Positions 27,393-37,510 are shown, counted from the first letter of the stretch. The stretch: DNA of 55,979 bases from a virus (IMGVR_UViG_3300020045_002573:1-55979); one strand, 5' to 3'. Notes: generated from the sequence alone by a model not told the origin. Made by a program: numbers and translations.

Positions 27393-27400
27393 TTTATAAT
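27372..27400 (+). promoter_or_regulatory. Sigma70-like promoter
   Basis: TTGCCC-17-TATAAT upstream of 27429. Confidence 0.5.
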
Positions 27401-27428
27401 CAGGAGCATTCCACTTAGGTATTGAATC

Positions 27429-28136
27429 ATGGGTGATACTTCTGAACAAATGCAGGCGCGTCCCCGCTTGTCGGTTGGAGCCTTACGGAGATTGAATCTG
27501 CTAGGGGGTAACGACAAGAGACCTTCAATAGAGAACTCTTCCTCAGTTCAGAAGTATCGAGCCCAAGAAGCTCTTTCACCCGTGATAGACGCTATAACTG
27601 CGGTGTCGCCGTTGAGTGCTCTGTTCCAACTCGCTTCGTATAGTCCTGAAGCTGAGGCGGTGATGAGGATGAAACCTATCGCTCGTAGCGGTCCTATACG
27701 TCAAGTGGATAAGTTTCATACATCCGAGTTAGACGATTTGCGAGATATATTGCAGAGTTATCTAAAACCAAAGAGTCTTCCTCCGTCTTATCAAACAAAC
27801 CTAACTCAGGGTTTGCATGCCCTAGAAAACGAACCTAACGCTGTAGGGTATCTGTTTAGTAATGCTGAAGGTATTCCTCAAACTTATGCTACAGTGTTAC
27901 CTTCTGGAAGTCGCGAGGCAGGGGCTTGGTTACCTTCTATTACCTCGTTAGTTGAACAAGGTAATGGTGCGGGTGGTCAAGCGATGCGCGATCTACGACA
28001 TCGATATGGTAAAATATCAGGTGTATCTGCTCCTGAAGCCTCTAATTTTTATCGCAAGATAGGGGCTAAGATGGAAGATAACGGTCTGGATTTTGAGTTC
28101 TACCAAGGTGGTCTAATTCAAATGAGAGGTAAATGA
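27429..28136 (+). CDS. Protein with a possible C-terminal GNAT acetyltransferase-like domain
   Basis: QGNGAG (acetyl-CoA motif A-like) and A.NFYRKIG; ends FYQGGLI. Confidence 0.5.
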   Translation: MGDTSEQMQARPRLSVGALRRLNLLGGNDKRPSIENSSSVQKYRAQEALSPVIDAITAVSPLSALFQLASYSPEAEAVMRMKPIARSGPIRQVDKFHTSELDDLRDILQSYLKPKSLPPSYQTNLTQGLHALENEPNAVGYLFSNAEGIPQTYATVLPSGSREAGAWLPSITSLVEQGNGAGGQAMRDLRHRYGKISGVSAPEASNFYRKIGAKMEDNGLDFEFYQGGLIQMRGK

Positions 28137-29950
28137 TGGGTAGTATACTCGCCGCGATAGACAACGCCAAGAGACAGGCGGCTCGTAGGGCTCGGGACCT
28201 GTACACTGATCCGCGAGGATACTTGCAACAGCTGGCGGACACTCTTGCTAACAGTAACGCAGGTACGGCTCCAGTGATCTCCAAAGGAGAGCTGACTAAC
28301 CGTCGTAAGACCAAAGCTGAGCGCCAGCAGGAGTACTTCGACATGGCGACCAACTCTATCAACGGAGGCCTGGGAGTCATCAAGTCGAAGGGTGGTAATT
28401 GGCTAAGCGGAAGCGTAGAGAATGCGCTGAGCGGGTTGAAGAAAGATACGTTTAGCTACGATATGATACCTATGTTATTGGAAAGGCTAAGAAAAGAAGG
28501 AGTACCTAGCAATCTATTCAAGTTACCTGGTGAAGAGGCTCAACTGGAGAATTTGATAGATCACCCTCTATATCATCCAGTCATGACGAAATTTGTAAAA
28601 GAGCACCCCCTCAATAACTGGATCGAAGGCCCTCTCACCAAGTACGTCCGTAATGATATGGCTACTCCAGGGGACCCAGTGAGAGCGTTGGCTGAGCGAG
28701 GGGTGTTGCATGTTGATCCAGGTGCTTTGAATTTCAGACCGGAGATGCATGGCAAATACCTAGGTCCTGGTCAGACTGCGGTTGCTCAGTCACTACCTGC
28801 TAAGTCGTGGGAGGGTGTCGCAGACAATGTAATAGCTTCGGAACCAGCCTCCACCTATCAGAACTTTGGAAGTTCCAATTTAGGTGAAGCTTGGATTAAC
28901 GCGCTCGATCCTAATACCCCATTCTACCGACCGGCTGAAAAACACCTAGGAGACGACCTAGGTTTCAATCACCTCATAGACGAGCTATCCAATTCAATCA
29001 ATCCTGAATCCGGGCTACCGCGTCACCTGCAGTTCCCCGTTGATCGCCTGAATAAAGTCACTGTACCTCAAGCCGTGGAGCGTGTAGCTCAAATCAATGC
29101 TTGGCGTGCGGCTCAGAAAGCTGAACTCGATGCCCAGAAGGCTAACAACGCGGCGACTCACCTACACAAAGAGTATCCCGATGACCCGCGTGGAATGCGC
29201 TGGGTGGAGTTGAAACAACCTGAGCTGAGTAGTATCAAAGAAGCCCCTAATGAAGACTATATAGGAGCTCAACAGCAGTCTCTCAAAGACGCCCTCAAAT
29301 ACGAAGGCGATACCATGGGCCACTGTGTTGGAGGCTATTGCGACGACGTGGCTTCCGGTAAGTCTAAGATCTACTCCCTGCGCGACAAGAAGGGCCAGCC
29401 TCATGTGACTATTGAGGTGGAGCCTGGAGCAAAGCGATCATTCAGATTAGAGCGCGACTATGGGCGTTTGACACCTGAAGAACGAGCACTGGTGGACACC
29501 TACGAGGGTCCATTGAAACATTACTACCCCGACCAAGCAGGAATCATTACGCCTGAGAGACTTCAAGAGTTGTATGATGCTAGCGCTGAGCCATCCAAGA
29601 TAATCCAAATCAAGGGTAAAGGTAACGCCAAACCGAATGATGACTACCTCCCATTCGTGCAAGACTTCGTCAAGTCTGGGCAGTGGAGCGATGTAGGAGA
29701 CTTGCAGAATACGGGCTTGTATAGGAAAACCGCACTTACGCCAGAAGAGCTATCGGCTTATCAAGGTGGGGACTACCTAACTATGGATGAGATCAAGAAG
29801 CTGAGAGAAGGTAAACCATGGACTCTGATAGATGATCTTCCAGATATGTTCGCATCCGGCGGTTTGATTCAATCTAAAAATGTACAAACTGTCGGTGATT
29901 TATCGGTTATACTAAATCAACTCCGGAATGGAATAACTAACAATGCCTGA
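28133..29950 (+). CDS. PcfJ-like domain protein
   Basis: L.YEG..MGHCVGGY...IYSLRD..G.PHVTIEV...QIKGKGN; ends FASGGLI. Confidence 0.72.
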   Translation: MMGSILAAIDNAKRQAARRARDLYTDPRGYLQQLADTLANSNAGTAPVISKGELTNRRKTKAERQQEYFDMATNSINGGLGVIKSKGGNWLSGSVENALSGLKKDTFSYDMIPMLLERLRKEGVPSNLFKLPGEEAQLENLIDHPLYHPVMTKFVKEHPLNNWIEGPLTKYVRNDMATPGDPVRALAERGVLHVDPGALNFRPEMHGKYLGPGQTAVAQSLPAKSWEGVADNVIASEPASTYQNFGSSNLGEAWINALDPNTPFYRPAEKHLGDDLGFNHLIDELSNSINPESGLPRHLQFPVDRLNKVTVPQAVERVAQINAWRAAQKAELDAQKANNAATHLHKEYPDDPRGMRWVELKQPELSSIKEAPNEDYIGAQQQSLKDALKYEGDTMGHCVGGYCDDVASGKSKIYSLRDKKGQPHVTIEVEPGAKRSFRLERDYGRLTPEERALVDTYEGPLKHYYPDQAGIITPERLQELYDASAEPSKIIQIKGKGNAKPNDDYLPFVQDFVKSGQWSDVGDLQNTGLYRKTALTPEELSAYQGGDYLTMDEIKKLREGKPWTLIDDLPDMFASGGLIQSKNVQTVGDLSVILNQLRNGITNNA

Positions 29951-32567
29951 TACAACGCTTTCAGACGAATCCTCTTTTGGGCTAGATGCGCCTCTTCCTG
30001 GGGTTACTGAGCTTCCCGATGGAGGAGCCTTGATCGAGATGGACGCTGAGCTGGAAGACGACTCCGGCGCAGACGCTGGATTCAATTCCAACCTAGCCGA
30101 AACCCTGGATGAGTTTCAACTCAACGAGATCGCTACCTCCCTACTCGACTTGATCGAGAAGGACAAAGAGGCTCGCACTGAGCGGGACAAACAACAGGAA
30201 GAAGGAATCAGACGTACCGGACTCGGCGACGACGCACCCGGAGGAGCTACATTTGATGGCGCTTCCAAGGTGGTCCATCCGGTACTGGCTGAAGGCTGTG
30301 TAGACTTCTCAGCCCGAGCTATCAAGGAACTGTTCCCCTCTAACGGTCCGGTTCGTACCAAGATCGTCGGCGAGAGTAATGAAGTTTCGCTAGCCAAGGC
30401 TAAGAAGAAGCGGGACTTCCTGAACTTCTACCTCGTCGAGAAGATGCCGGAGTACCGCTCCGAGAAGGAAACGCTACTCACTCAACTTCCTCTAGGAGGC
30501 TCTCAGTACGAGAAGTATTGGCATGATGGCAAGCGGGTGCGGATGGAATTCGTGCCTATCGACAAGATGTTCCTGCCATATGCCGCCAATTCCTTCTACA
30601 CCGCGTCGCGCCGTACTCACGAACAAGAGCGCACGGAAGAGTATATCAACCGTGAAGTGAAGCAGGGTTTCTACCGCGACATCTTCGGACCGAGAGCTAC
30701 CTCCGCGCCTGAAGGTACTAGCAGTTCCAAGGCTAACGAGAAGATTGAGGGCAAGACCGAGTCAGGCTACAACGAAGACGGTATTCGCGTCATCTACGAA
30801 GTGGATTGCACTTGGGACGTAGAGGAAGAAGGCGAATTCAAGCCTTACATTATTCACATTGACGAACCTACTGGTAAGATCGCTGCCATCTATCGCAACT
30901 GGCGCGAAACCGATGAAGGTTCGGAGAAGCTGGATTGGTGGGTGGAAGACAAGTTCCTTCCGTGGCGTGGAGCATATGGTATCGGCTTGCCTCACCTTAT
31001 CGGCGGTCTTGCGGCCTCACTGACCGGCTCTCTCAGAGCCCTGCTGGACTCGGCCCACATCAACAACGCGCCAACCGCCGTCAAGCTCAAGGGTGGTAGA
31101 GCTAGCGGTCAGAACGTGTCGATGGACATCACCTCGGTTACGGAGATAGAAGCTCCTGCTGGAGTAGATGACATCCGTAAGATCATGATGCCTCTGCCGT
31201 TCAATCCTCCTAGCGCCGTATTGTTCCAGCTGCTAGATTGGATCACGACGCAAGCCAAGGGTGTCGTAGCTACCGCCGAAGAGAAGATCGCGGATGCCGG
31301 TTCCAATATGCCGGTGGGGACTACTCTAGCTCTGATTGAACAAGGTAGCCAGGTCTTCAGTTCTATTCATGCTCGCCTTCACGATAGTCAACGCAAGGCT
31401 CTCAAGATCATCTGTCGCCTGATCGCGGACTACCCCGAGAGTATCGCTCAAGACCTTCAGCGCTTCGGCTTGACTCCGGAAGACTTTCAAGCTACCGACG
31501 ACATTGAACCTATCTCCGATCCTAACATCTTCAGCGAGACGCAACGCTTCGCTCAGATGCAATCGGTGATGCAGTTGGCGGCCCAGGACGCCGCAGATCC
31601 TAACATGCATTGGAACAAGCTGGCTCTGCGTCGTCGTATGCTGGAACTGCTACGTGTGGACGGTATTGATGAGCTGCTGCCGAAGCCTCCTAAGCCTTTG
31701 ACCGCCGATCCTCTGACCGAGTCTCTCTCGGCGATGAAGGGTATGCAGATCAAGCCAGACTTCGAGCAAGATCACATTGCACACTTACACGGGCACCTTG
31801 CCTACCTGTCCAGCCCGTTTGTCGTCCAGAATCCCCTAGTTCAGGGGCAAGCTATGATGGCTGTGTTGGCGCACATGCAAGAACACGTAGAAATGCTGAC
31901 GAAGCAAGTTGTGGGCGAGGTGGCGCAGTCCTTCGTAGCGCAGGGTGTTTCACAAGACGCCGCCGCCGCCGCTGGCATTGCGCAGGCTTCGGAGCAGCTA
32001 GCGCAGCAGCTTAGTAAGATCATGCCGGCTATGTTCGGTCTGCTTCAACAAGTTCAGACTAAGATGCCGAAGCCTCCTATGCCTCCGGAAGTCACTGCCA
32101 GCTTGCAAATCGCTCAGATGGACATTGAACGTAAGTCCAAGGTTGATCAAGCTACGTTGCAAATGGATCAACAGAAGTTCCAAGTTGAGAGCCAGATGAA
32201 GCAACAGCAAGCTCAGCTTGATCAGCAGCTACGTATGCAACAGATGCAGATTAATCAGGAACAGGTTCAGGCTAAGTTGCAAGCTGACAATCAGCGTGTG
32301 CAAATGGAAGCCCAGGTTCAGCAGTTTGAGCAAATGTTGGCTCAGCAGAAAGCGCAGTCCGATGATCGCAATAATCAACTGGAAGCTCAGCTTTCCATAC
32401 TCCTGAACAAGATGGACAATCAGCAACATCAAGAGACGGAGATTGCCAAGAACCATGAGGACAATCAAACCGCTATTCAGATTGAGCAGATGAAAGAAGG
32501 CCACAAGTTGGCAGGCGGCATTATAGATAATGTGATGGCTCCCGCTGTAGATCAACCTATTGAATAA
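29943..32567 (+). CDS. Portal protein
   Basis: 874 aa; NLAE, F.GAS.V.HP.LAE, G.YG.GL.H.IGG, PVGTTLAL.EQG, SDPNIFS..QR; Gln-rich coiled-coil tail. Confidence 0.88.
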   Translation: MPDTTLSDESSFGLDAPLPGVTELPDGGALIEMDAELEDDSGADAGFNSNLAETLDEFQLNEIATSLLDLIEKDKEARTERDKQQEEGIRRTGLGDDAPGGATFDGASKVVHPVLAEGCVDFSARAIKELFPSNGPVRTKIVGESNEVSLAKAKKKRDFLNFYLVEKMPEYRSEKETLLTQLPLGGSQYEKYWHDGKRVRMEFVPIDKMFLPYAANSFYTASRRTHEQERTEEYINREVKQGFYRDIFGPRATSAPEGTSSSKANEKIEGKTESGYNEDGIRVIYEVDCTWDVEEEGEFKPYIIHIDEPTGKIAAIYRNWRETDEGSEKLDWWVEDKFLPWRGAYGIGLPHLIGGLAASLTGSLRALLDSAHINNAPTAVKLKGGRASGQNVSMDITSVTEIEAPAGVDDIRKIMMPLPFNPPSAVLFQLLDWITTQAKGVVATAEEKIADAGSNMPVGTTLALIEQGSQVFSSIHARLHDSQRKALKIICRLIADYPESIAQDLQRFGLTPEDFQATDDIEPISDPNIFSETQRFAQMQSVMQLAAQDAADPNMHWNKLALRRRMLELLRVDGIDELLPKPPKPLTADPLTESLSAMKGMQIKPDFEQDHIAHLHGHLAYLSSPFVVQNPLVQGQAMMAVLAHMQEHVEMLTKQVVGEVAQSFVAQGVSQDAAAAAGIAQASEQLAQQLSKIMPAMFGLLQQVQTKMPKPPMPPEVTASLQIAQMDIERKSKVDQATLQMDQQKFQVESQMKQQQAQLDQQLRMQQMQINQEQVQAKLQADNQRVQMEAQVQQFEQMLAQQKAQSDDRNNQLEAQLSILLNKMDNQQHQETEIAKNHEDNQTAIQIEQMKEGHKLAGGIIDNVMAPAVDQPIE

Positions 32568-32576
32568 GGCTTTGTA

Positions 32577-33038
32577 GTGGAACAGACCTGGCACGGGGAT
32601 GAACGTCGAGGAATCCCAATACACATACTGAACCATGTTGATGAGAGACTGGGGCAGCATTCTTTCCGCATCGAGAAGTTACTCATGGACCACACGGACG
32701 ACGAGATGGAACGCTACCAGGAAATCATCAGCCGGATAGACCGGAACAGTGAGGATAGTCAGCGTCGACATGAGGCTACTGCAAAGGCAATAGTGGACCA
32801 TATGAGTAAAACCGACATGATATACGAGCATCTGATCGAAGCCTTTCCTCCGGACGACCGGGGCAAGCCCGACTTCATTGGCCACGCCACTGCGCATAAA
32901 AAGTGGATCACCGAGGCGAAGGACACGAAGGAGCTGCGCGCGTATATACAAAAGGTAGTGCTTGCTGCCGCCACTGTAGGCGTGGCTGGTTGGCTACTGT
33001 CGCTAGCCTGGCAGGGTTTCTTGATGGGGCCTAAGTGA
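32577..33038 (+). CDS. Membrane-anchored protein heading the lysis cassette (possible antiholin/holin)
   Basis: GTG start; W.G.ERR N-terminus; single C-terminal TM segment. Confidence 0.55.
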   Translation: MEQTWHGDERRGIPIHILNHVDERLGQHSFRIEKLLMDHTDDEMERYQEIISRIDRNSEDSQRRHEATAKAIVDHMSKTDMIYEHLIEAFPPDDRGKPDFIGHATAHKKWITEAKDTKELRAYIQKVVLAAATVGVAGWLLSLAWQGFLMGPK

Positions 33039-33244
33039 TGTTGATCTACGGCTGGAGGAAGGTGTTGCGTAAGGCCTGGTCCGTGCGGTTGGCGATCCTG
33101 TCTGGCGCGTTCAGCGCTGCCGAGGTGGTTCTGCCGATGTTCTCGGACGCGCTACCACGCGGAGCCTTCGCGTTGCTCTCCGTGCTGGCCGGGGTTGGGT
33201 CTGCGGTGTCGCGTGTGGTGGCTCAGCCGGAGATGCACAAGTGA
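33035..33244 (+). CDS. Putative holin
   Basis: 69 aa; two hydrophobic segments; WR..L.KAWSVRL...R.VAQ; precedes the lysozyme. Confidence 0.65.
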   Translation: MMLIYGWRKVLRKAWSVRLAILSGAFSAAEVVLPMFSDALPRGAFALLSVLAGVGSAVSRVVAQPEMHK

Positions 33245-33693
33245 CACCCGTTGCAAAGAAGACTGCCGGGTGGCTGGCGGTCTGCGTCGCGATCACTGGG
33301 GCGTCGGAGGGCTTGCGCCTCTACACATACCCGGACGTGATCGGCGTACCTACTTATTGTTACGGTGAAACGCTCGACGCCAAAATAGGGGCTACTTATA
33401 CCCGCGAGCAGTGCGACGAGAAGCTCGCCACCCGACTGAAGGAGTTCGACCGAGCCATTGCCAAGTGCTTGACGCACGAGCTCCCTGACAACCGGCGGGC
33501 GGCCTATGTCTCGTTCGCCTACAACGTCGGGGTGCAGGCCTTCTGCAGCTCCACACTGGTCAAGCTGGAGAACGCGGGAAACTGGCAGGGCGCATGCAAC
33601 CAGCTGCCGAGATGGAACAAGGCCGGTGGTGTCACCTGGCCAGGGCTTACTGCAAGACGGGAACGTGAGAAGGAACTATGTTTGCAGGGGTAG
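33241..33693 (+). CDS. GH24 lysozyme, SAR-type endolysin
   Basis: Catalytic E-8x-D-5x-T (EGLRLYTYPDVIGVPT), FAYNVG, GL..RR..E..LC; N-terminal hydrophobic anchor. Confidence 0.92.
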   Translation: MTPVAKKTAGWLAVCVAITGASEGLRLYTYPDVIGVPTYCYGETLDAKIGATYTREQCDEKLATRLKEFDRAIAKCLTHELPDNRRAAYVSFAYNVGVQAFCSSTLVKLENAGNWQGACNQLPRWNKAGGVTWPGLTARREREKELCLQG

Positions 33694-33780
33694 AGCTGGA
33701 CGCGCTGTCCGTGCTGGCCGGGTGTTGGCTCGGCTTCATGCTCGGGCTGGTGCTCGGCATCATCACAACGAAGGACTGAT

Positions 33781-34230
33781 ATGACTTTCCTACTGCGCGC
33801 CTGGCCGTATCTGTTGGCTGGATTCCTCGGCTTCAACTTCGCCTGGGTCATTCAGCAAAGCCGTCTGGACAAGGCGATCAACGAGCTCACCGAATACGAG
33901 ATGGCCATCGGCCAGCAGATCATCGAGGAGCAGAACCGAACCACCCGACTGAAGGAGGCCACCGAAAATGACTGGTACAAGAACCTTAACGCTCTGCATG
34001 ATTACTACAAGTCTCACCCTGTCCGCGTGTTGTCCCCCTGTGCGTCCATGCGAACCAACACCCTACCCAGTAGCTCCAGCGGCGCTTATGCAACCTCCTC
34101 CAACCCTGAATCTAGTGCCGGTGGAGCTACGACCGAAGTTACAGCTGAAGAATGCGCTGTGACCACTTTGCAATTATTGGAGTTACAAGCATGGACACAG
34201 GCGTTACATCACTCGAACAATGGAAAATAG
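33781..34230 (+). CDS. Rz-like inner-membrane spanin
   Basis: N-terminal TM segment, coiled coil, position after the endolysin, embedded lipoprotein gene. Confidence 0.75.
   Translation: MTFLLRAWPYLLAGFLGFNFAWVIQQSRLDKAINELTEYEMAIGQQIIEEQNRTTRLKEATENDWYKNLNALHDYYKSHPVRVLSPCASMRTNTLPSSSSGAYATSSNPESSAGGATTEVTAEECAVTTLQLLELQAWTQALHHSNNGK
33968..34162 (+). CDS. Rz1-like outer-membrane lipoprotein spanin (embedded, +1 frame)
   Basis: Signal peptide with lipobox LSAC followed by a Pro-rich mature region; GGAGG upstream. Confidence 0.78.
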   Translation: MTGTRTLTLCMITTSLTLSACCPPVRPCEPTPYPVAPAALMQPPPTLNLVPVELRPKLQLKNAL

Positions 34231-34427
34231 ATCACCGAACCGAGGAAAAGCTCCTCGAAATACCTTTGACTTACTGGAGCAACTTTTGGTTACGAGTTAC
34301 TTTACCCAGTTACTGGGCGGCTATTTGGCCAGCTTACAAGGAGTTCCTGTGTCAAGGTCCAACGAACATCAAGGAATGATTCGCAACTCTCCATCCTGGA
34401 GGAGATTTTTCTACAAGGAGTATAACC

Positions 34428-34598
34428 ATGAGTAATCTAGCAAAGCAATTAGGTGGTCAGAGTCAAGCCAAGTGTTACGCCAAGGGCGGTAAGGTGCATG
34501 ACGACGAAGCTCAGGACAAGGCTCTGATCAAGAAGCTGCTGAAGTCTGAGCAGAAGAAGGAAGCCAAACCGATGAAAAAGGGAGGTCGCTGCAAATGA
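34428..34598 (+). CDS. Small basic protein with YAKGGKV / MKKGG motifs (56 aa)
   Basis: AAGGAG RBS; MSNLAKQLGG...YAKGGKVHDDEAQD...MKKGGRCK; not in the ORF track. Confidence 0.7.
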   Translation: MSNLAKQLGGQSQAKCYAKGGKVHDDEAQDKALIKKLLKSEQKKEAKPMKKGGRCK

Positions 34599-34762
34599 AA
34601 TTCCAACTGACAAATCCTGCGGGTTACCAAACGGTGATTGAAACCGCGAAGAGTCATGCTCAACTCGAGCTTGATTTCCCTTCGTGTGACATTCAACCTA
34701 TTCCGGTTACCGAAACTCCTTCGGAAGAAAAGCCCAAAGCTAAGGCCAAGGTCACAAAATGA
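34595..34762 (+). CDS. Small hypothetical protein (55 aa)
   Basis: ATGA overlaps on both sides; GGAGG RBS; not in the ORF track. Confidence 0.6.
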   Translation: MKFQLTNPAGYQTVIETAKSHAQLELDFPSCDIQPIPVTETPSEEKPKAKAKVTK

Positions 34763-34959
34763 GCCACCAAGTTATTAACATATTCATCGGCAAGGCCAAG
34801 ACCGAATTGGCCGAGCACGCTGCCGGAGCTATGTTGATGGGAACTTCCGACCTATTCCAATATGGGGTAGCTGCCGGAAAATACAGGGGTATCTTGTTCG
34901 CGCTGGAACTCCTGGAGCAGTGTATGCGCGATGACCTAGAAAAGGAGCAAAATCTGTGA
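34759..34959 (+). CDS. Hypothetical head-module protein
   Basis: 66 aa; Y...AG.Y.G...A pattern typical of genes just before phage GroES. Confidence 0.7.
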   Translation: MSHQVINIFIGKAKTELAEHAAGAMLMGTSDLFQYGVAAGKYRGILFALELLEQCMRDDLEKEQNL

Positions 34960-35360
34960 ATAAGACAGAGTATATTTCTCAACACTTCCCTGAAGTAGAG
35001 CCGGGAGCCAAACCGTGTGGTAATCAAATCCTGGTGCAACTTCGCACATTGAAGGCCAAGTCTTCGGGTGGGATCATTCTCGCTAACGAGACCAAGGACT
35101 TCAACAACGGCAACACGCAGGTGGCTAAGATCGTCAAGATCGGCCAGATCGCCTTCAAGGATCGCAACAGCGGTGTCACCTGGAAGGAAGGGGCTTGGGC
35201 GGAGATTGGCGACATTATCATTGCTCCTCGCTGGGGTGGTTTCCGCTTTGAAGTGGATATCCCTGGAACAGAGGATGTAGCAACCTTCGCTATCTTCGAA
35301 GACTTCAACGTCAAGATGGTAGTGGAGAGCAACTTCGAAGCCTTTGATAAACTGTTGTAA
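34956..35360 (+). CDS. GroES-like co-chaperonin
   Basis: P.GNQILV...KSSGGIIL...V.IG..A...W.E.GD; AAGGAG RBS with GTG start. Confidence 0.85.
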   Translation: MNKTEYISQHFPEVEPGAKPCGNQILVQLRTLKAKSSGGIILANETKDFNNGNTQVAKIVKIGQIAFKDRNSGVTWKEGAWAEIGDIIIAPRWGGFRFEVDIPGTEDVATFAIFEDFNVKMVVESNFEAFDKLL

Positions 35361-35380
35361 TTTACGCAAGGAGCGTATAA

Positions 35381-36349
35381 ATGACTGATGAAGTAAAAGA
35401 CCTTCCTATTACGGAAGAAGCAGACGGTAGCGTCACTATCGGTAAAGAGGAAACTCCGCCGAAGACAGACGAACCGAATGATCACGATCAAGACCACGAC
35501 GAAGTCATTAAGTCTACGGACGGTGATGAAGCTGGTCATGATGAAGAAACCGCTGAAGAGGCTGAGGAGCGTCGTGAGCGCAACCGGGCTCGTCGGGCTC
35601 AGAACAAAGAATCCCGCAAGAACTACATTGAATCATTGAAGCGTGAGTTGGCCACACGCGACGCGGTAATCAATGATTTGTCTACCCGCGTGGCCTCGGT
35701 TGAGCGCCAAGGGCAGGGTAATCAGATGGCGCAGATTGACCAGGAGCTCAAGCGTACCGAGGACCTGTACAATCACTTCAAGACTATCAACCGCAACGCT
35801 ATTCAATTGGCCGACGGAGCCTCAGCGGTAGATGCGCAGGAGAAGATGTTCGCTGCTCAACAGCGTCACGCCATGCTGACGAACGCCAAGAAGAGTATGG
35901 CGGCTCAAGGTAATCGACCTCGTGCTCTAGATCCGCGACTCAAGCAACATGCAGAAAACTGGATCGCCAACAATCAATGGTATGATCCAACCGGTTCGGA
36001 CATGGATAGCGACATGGTCCTGAAGCTGGACGATCGCATGGTGAAAGAAGGGTGGAATCCAACTACACCGGAATACTGGGAGGAATTGGACTCTCGGGTT
36101 AAAAAATATTTGCCCCATCGCGCCAATTCAAGGTATAATCAAGGCCAAGGTAATTCGCAACCGAAGAATCGTGTTCCGGTTTCCGGAGGTAACAATGACT
36201 CTGGAGGCGCTCCGAAAGGAACGTATAGACTCTCAGCTGAACGAGTGAAAGCTCTGAAGGATGCGGGTGTATACGATGATCCTGTAAAGAGAGCCGACGC
36301 TATCAAGCGTTTTCAAGAATACGACAAATCTCAAGCGAACACCAAATAA
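35381..36349 (+). CDS. Probable capsid scaffolding protein
   Basis: Acidic N-terminus, coiled coil, W...N.W, EYW.ELD.R; position before the capsid genes. Confidence 0.65.
   Translation: MTDEVKDLPITEEADGSVTIGKEETPPKTDEPNDHDQDHDEVIKSTDGDEAGHDEETAEEAEERRERNRARRAQNKESRKNYIESLKRELATRDAVINDLSTRVASVERQGQGNQMAQIDQELKRTEDLYNHFKTINRNAIQLADGASAVDAQEKMFAAQQRHAMLTNAKKSMAAQGNRPRALDPRLKQHAENWIANNQWYDPTGSDMDSDMVLKLDDRMVKEGWNPTTPEYWEELDSRVKKYLPHRANSRYNQGQGNSQPKNRVPVSGGNNDSGGAPKGTYRLSAERVKALKDAGVYDDPVKRADAIKRFQEYDKSQANTK
36110..36139 (+). promoter_or_regulatory. Possible internal promoter for the capsid genes
   Basis: TTGCCC-18-TATAAT inside the scaffold gene. Confidence 0.35.
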
Positions 36350-36361
36350 GGAGCTACGAAC

Positions 36362-36922
36362 ATGACTACCAAAGATACTTTCGGCGATGAGCGCCTCAAG
36401 AAAGACACTGGCACTTCTGTGCGTGGCTCCCGTGATAGCGCGGATACTGATCGCGTACAACAAGACGGCTCGGCTCTCTCGGCTGAGGAGCGGCGTAGGC
36501 TGCTTCGAAACGAGTGGGTTCAGGAAGTTCTCCCTACTCCCCCCAAAGTTGAGGGGTTCCATCACTGTTGGCTGAGTACTACCAATAGCACTGATCCGGT
36601 CTACAAGCGGATTCAGCGCGGTTATATCCCAGTCAAGGCGTCCGAAGTACCAGGGTTTGGTACTCAGTACACAGCGGTGGGTGGAGAGTTCGATGGCTGC
36701 GTCACTTGCAACGAGATGCTGCTCTTCAAAATCCCGGTTCAACTCTATAACGATTTGATGACTATTTACCATCATGATATGCCGATGGAGCAAGAAGCAT
36801 CGATCCGCGAGAATGTGAATCGTAAGAATGACGAGGACAGCAACGGTCGAGCATTGGCCCAGGTCGAAGGGGACTTCAACAACCTCGGGCGCGGATCAAA
36901 CCGTATGCCTTCATTCATCTAA
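36362..36922 (+). CDS. Head-module protein of unknown function
   Basis: LP.PP...G.H.CWLS...GY.PVKA.E motif; AAGGAG RBS. Confidence 0.7.
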   Translation: MTTKDTFGDERLKKDTGTSVRGSRDSADTDRVQQDGSALSAEERRRLLRNEWVQEVLPTPPKVEGFHHCWLSTTNSTDPVYKRIQRGYIPVKASEVPGFGTQYTAVGGEFDGCVTCNEMLLFKIPVQLYNDLMTIYHHDMPMEQEASIRENVNRKNDEDSNGRALAQVEGDFNNLGRGSNRMPSFI

Positions 36923-36933
36923 AGGACTAAATC

Positions 36934-37497
36934 ATGACTACCACTTCTGCTCCGTTTGGCGCAAAAGCTGTGTTTCATCCGAGCGGCACCATCCGCACGG
37001 AAACCTTCTTTCCTACGGCTATCAACGCCTCGGCTTGCTACAAGGGTGACCTCGTCAAGCTGACTGGCGGTACTGATGTCGTCGCTATCGCTGCCGCTAA
37101 TGATGCCGCTATCGGCGTTTTTGACGGTTGCCGCTACACGGACGCTACGGGCAAACCAACGTACTCTCCGTACTGGCCAGCCTCGCTGTCGGGTGTTACG
37201 AACATTGAATGGTATGTCATCACTGACATCAATACCGTGTTCGAAATCCAGGCAGCTGGTTCCGTTGCCGCTACGGCTATCGGCGACTCGGCCGACGTGG
37301 TTGTCGCCGCAGGTAACACCAACACGGGTGTCTCGGCCTCCTACCTCAGTGGTACGCTGAAGGGCGCGGCTGCAGTGGGTAACTTCCGTATCGCGGGTCT
37401 GGGCGGTGCTCTGGACAATGCATGGGGTGACACCTACACCATCGTGCGTGTGACTCTGGGCAAGAGCCAGCGTTTCACCCAAGTTAACTCTATCTAA
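36934..37497 (+). CDS. Probable capsid decoration / minor capsid protein
   Basis: APFG...GD.V...GVF.GC.YTD..G.P...YWP; immediately before the major capsid gene. Confidence 0.65.
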   Translation: MTTTSAPFGAKAVFHPSGTIRTETFFPTAINASACYKGDLVKLTGGTDVVAIAAANDAAIGVFDGCRYTDATGKPTYSPYWPASLSGVTNIEWYVITDINTVFEIQAAGSVAATAIGDSADVVVAAGNTNTGVSASYLSGTLKGAAAVGNFRIAGLGGALDNAWGDTYTIVRVTLGKSQRFTQVNSI

Positions 37498-37510
37498 GGA
37501 GGGCTGACAA

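Noticed and set aside
34152-34435. ORFs 34152..34379 and 34220..34435
   Set aside because: Two overlapping candidates with no clear RBS or motif; I cannot tell which, if either, is real.
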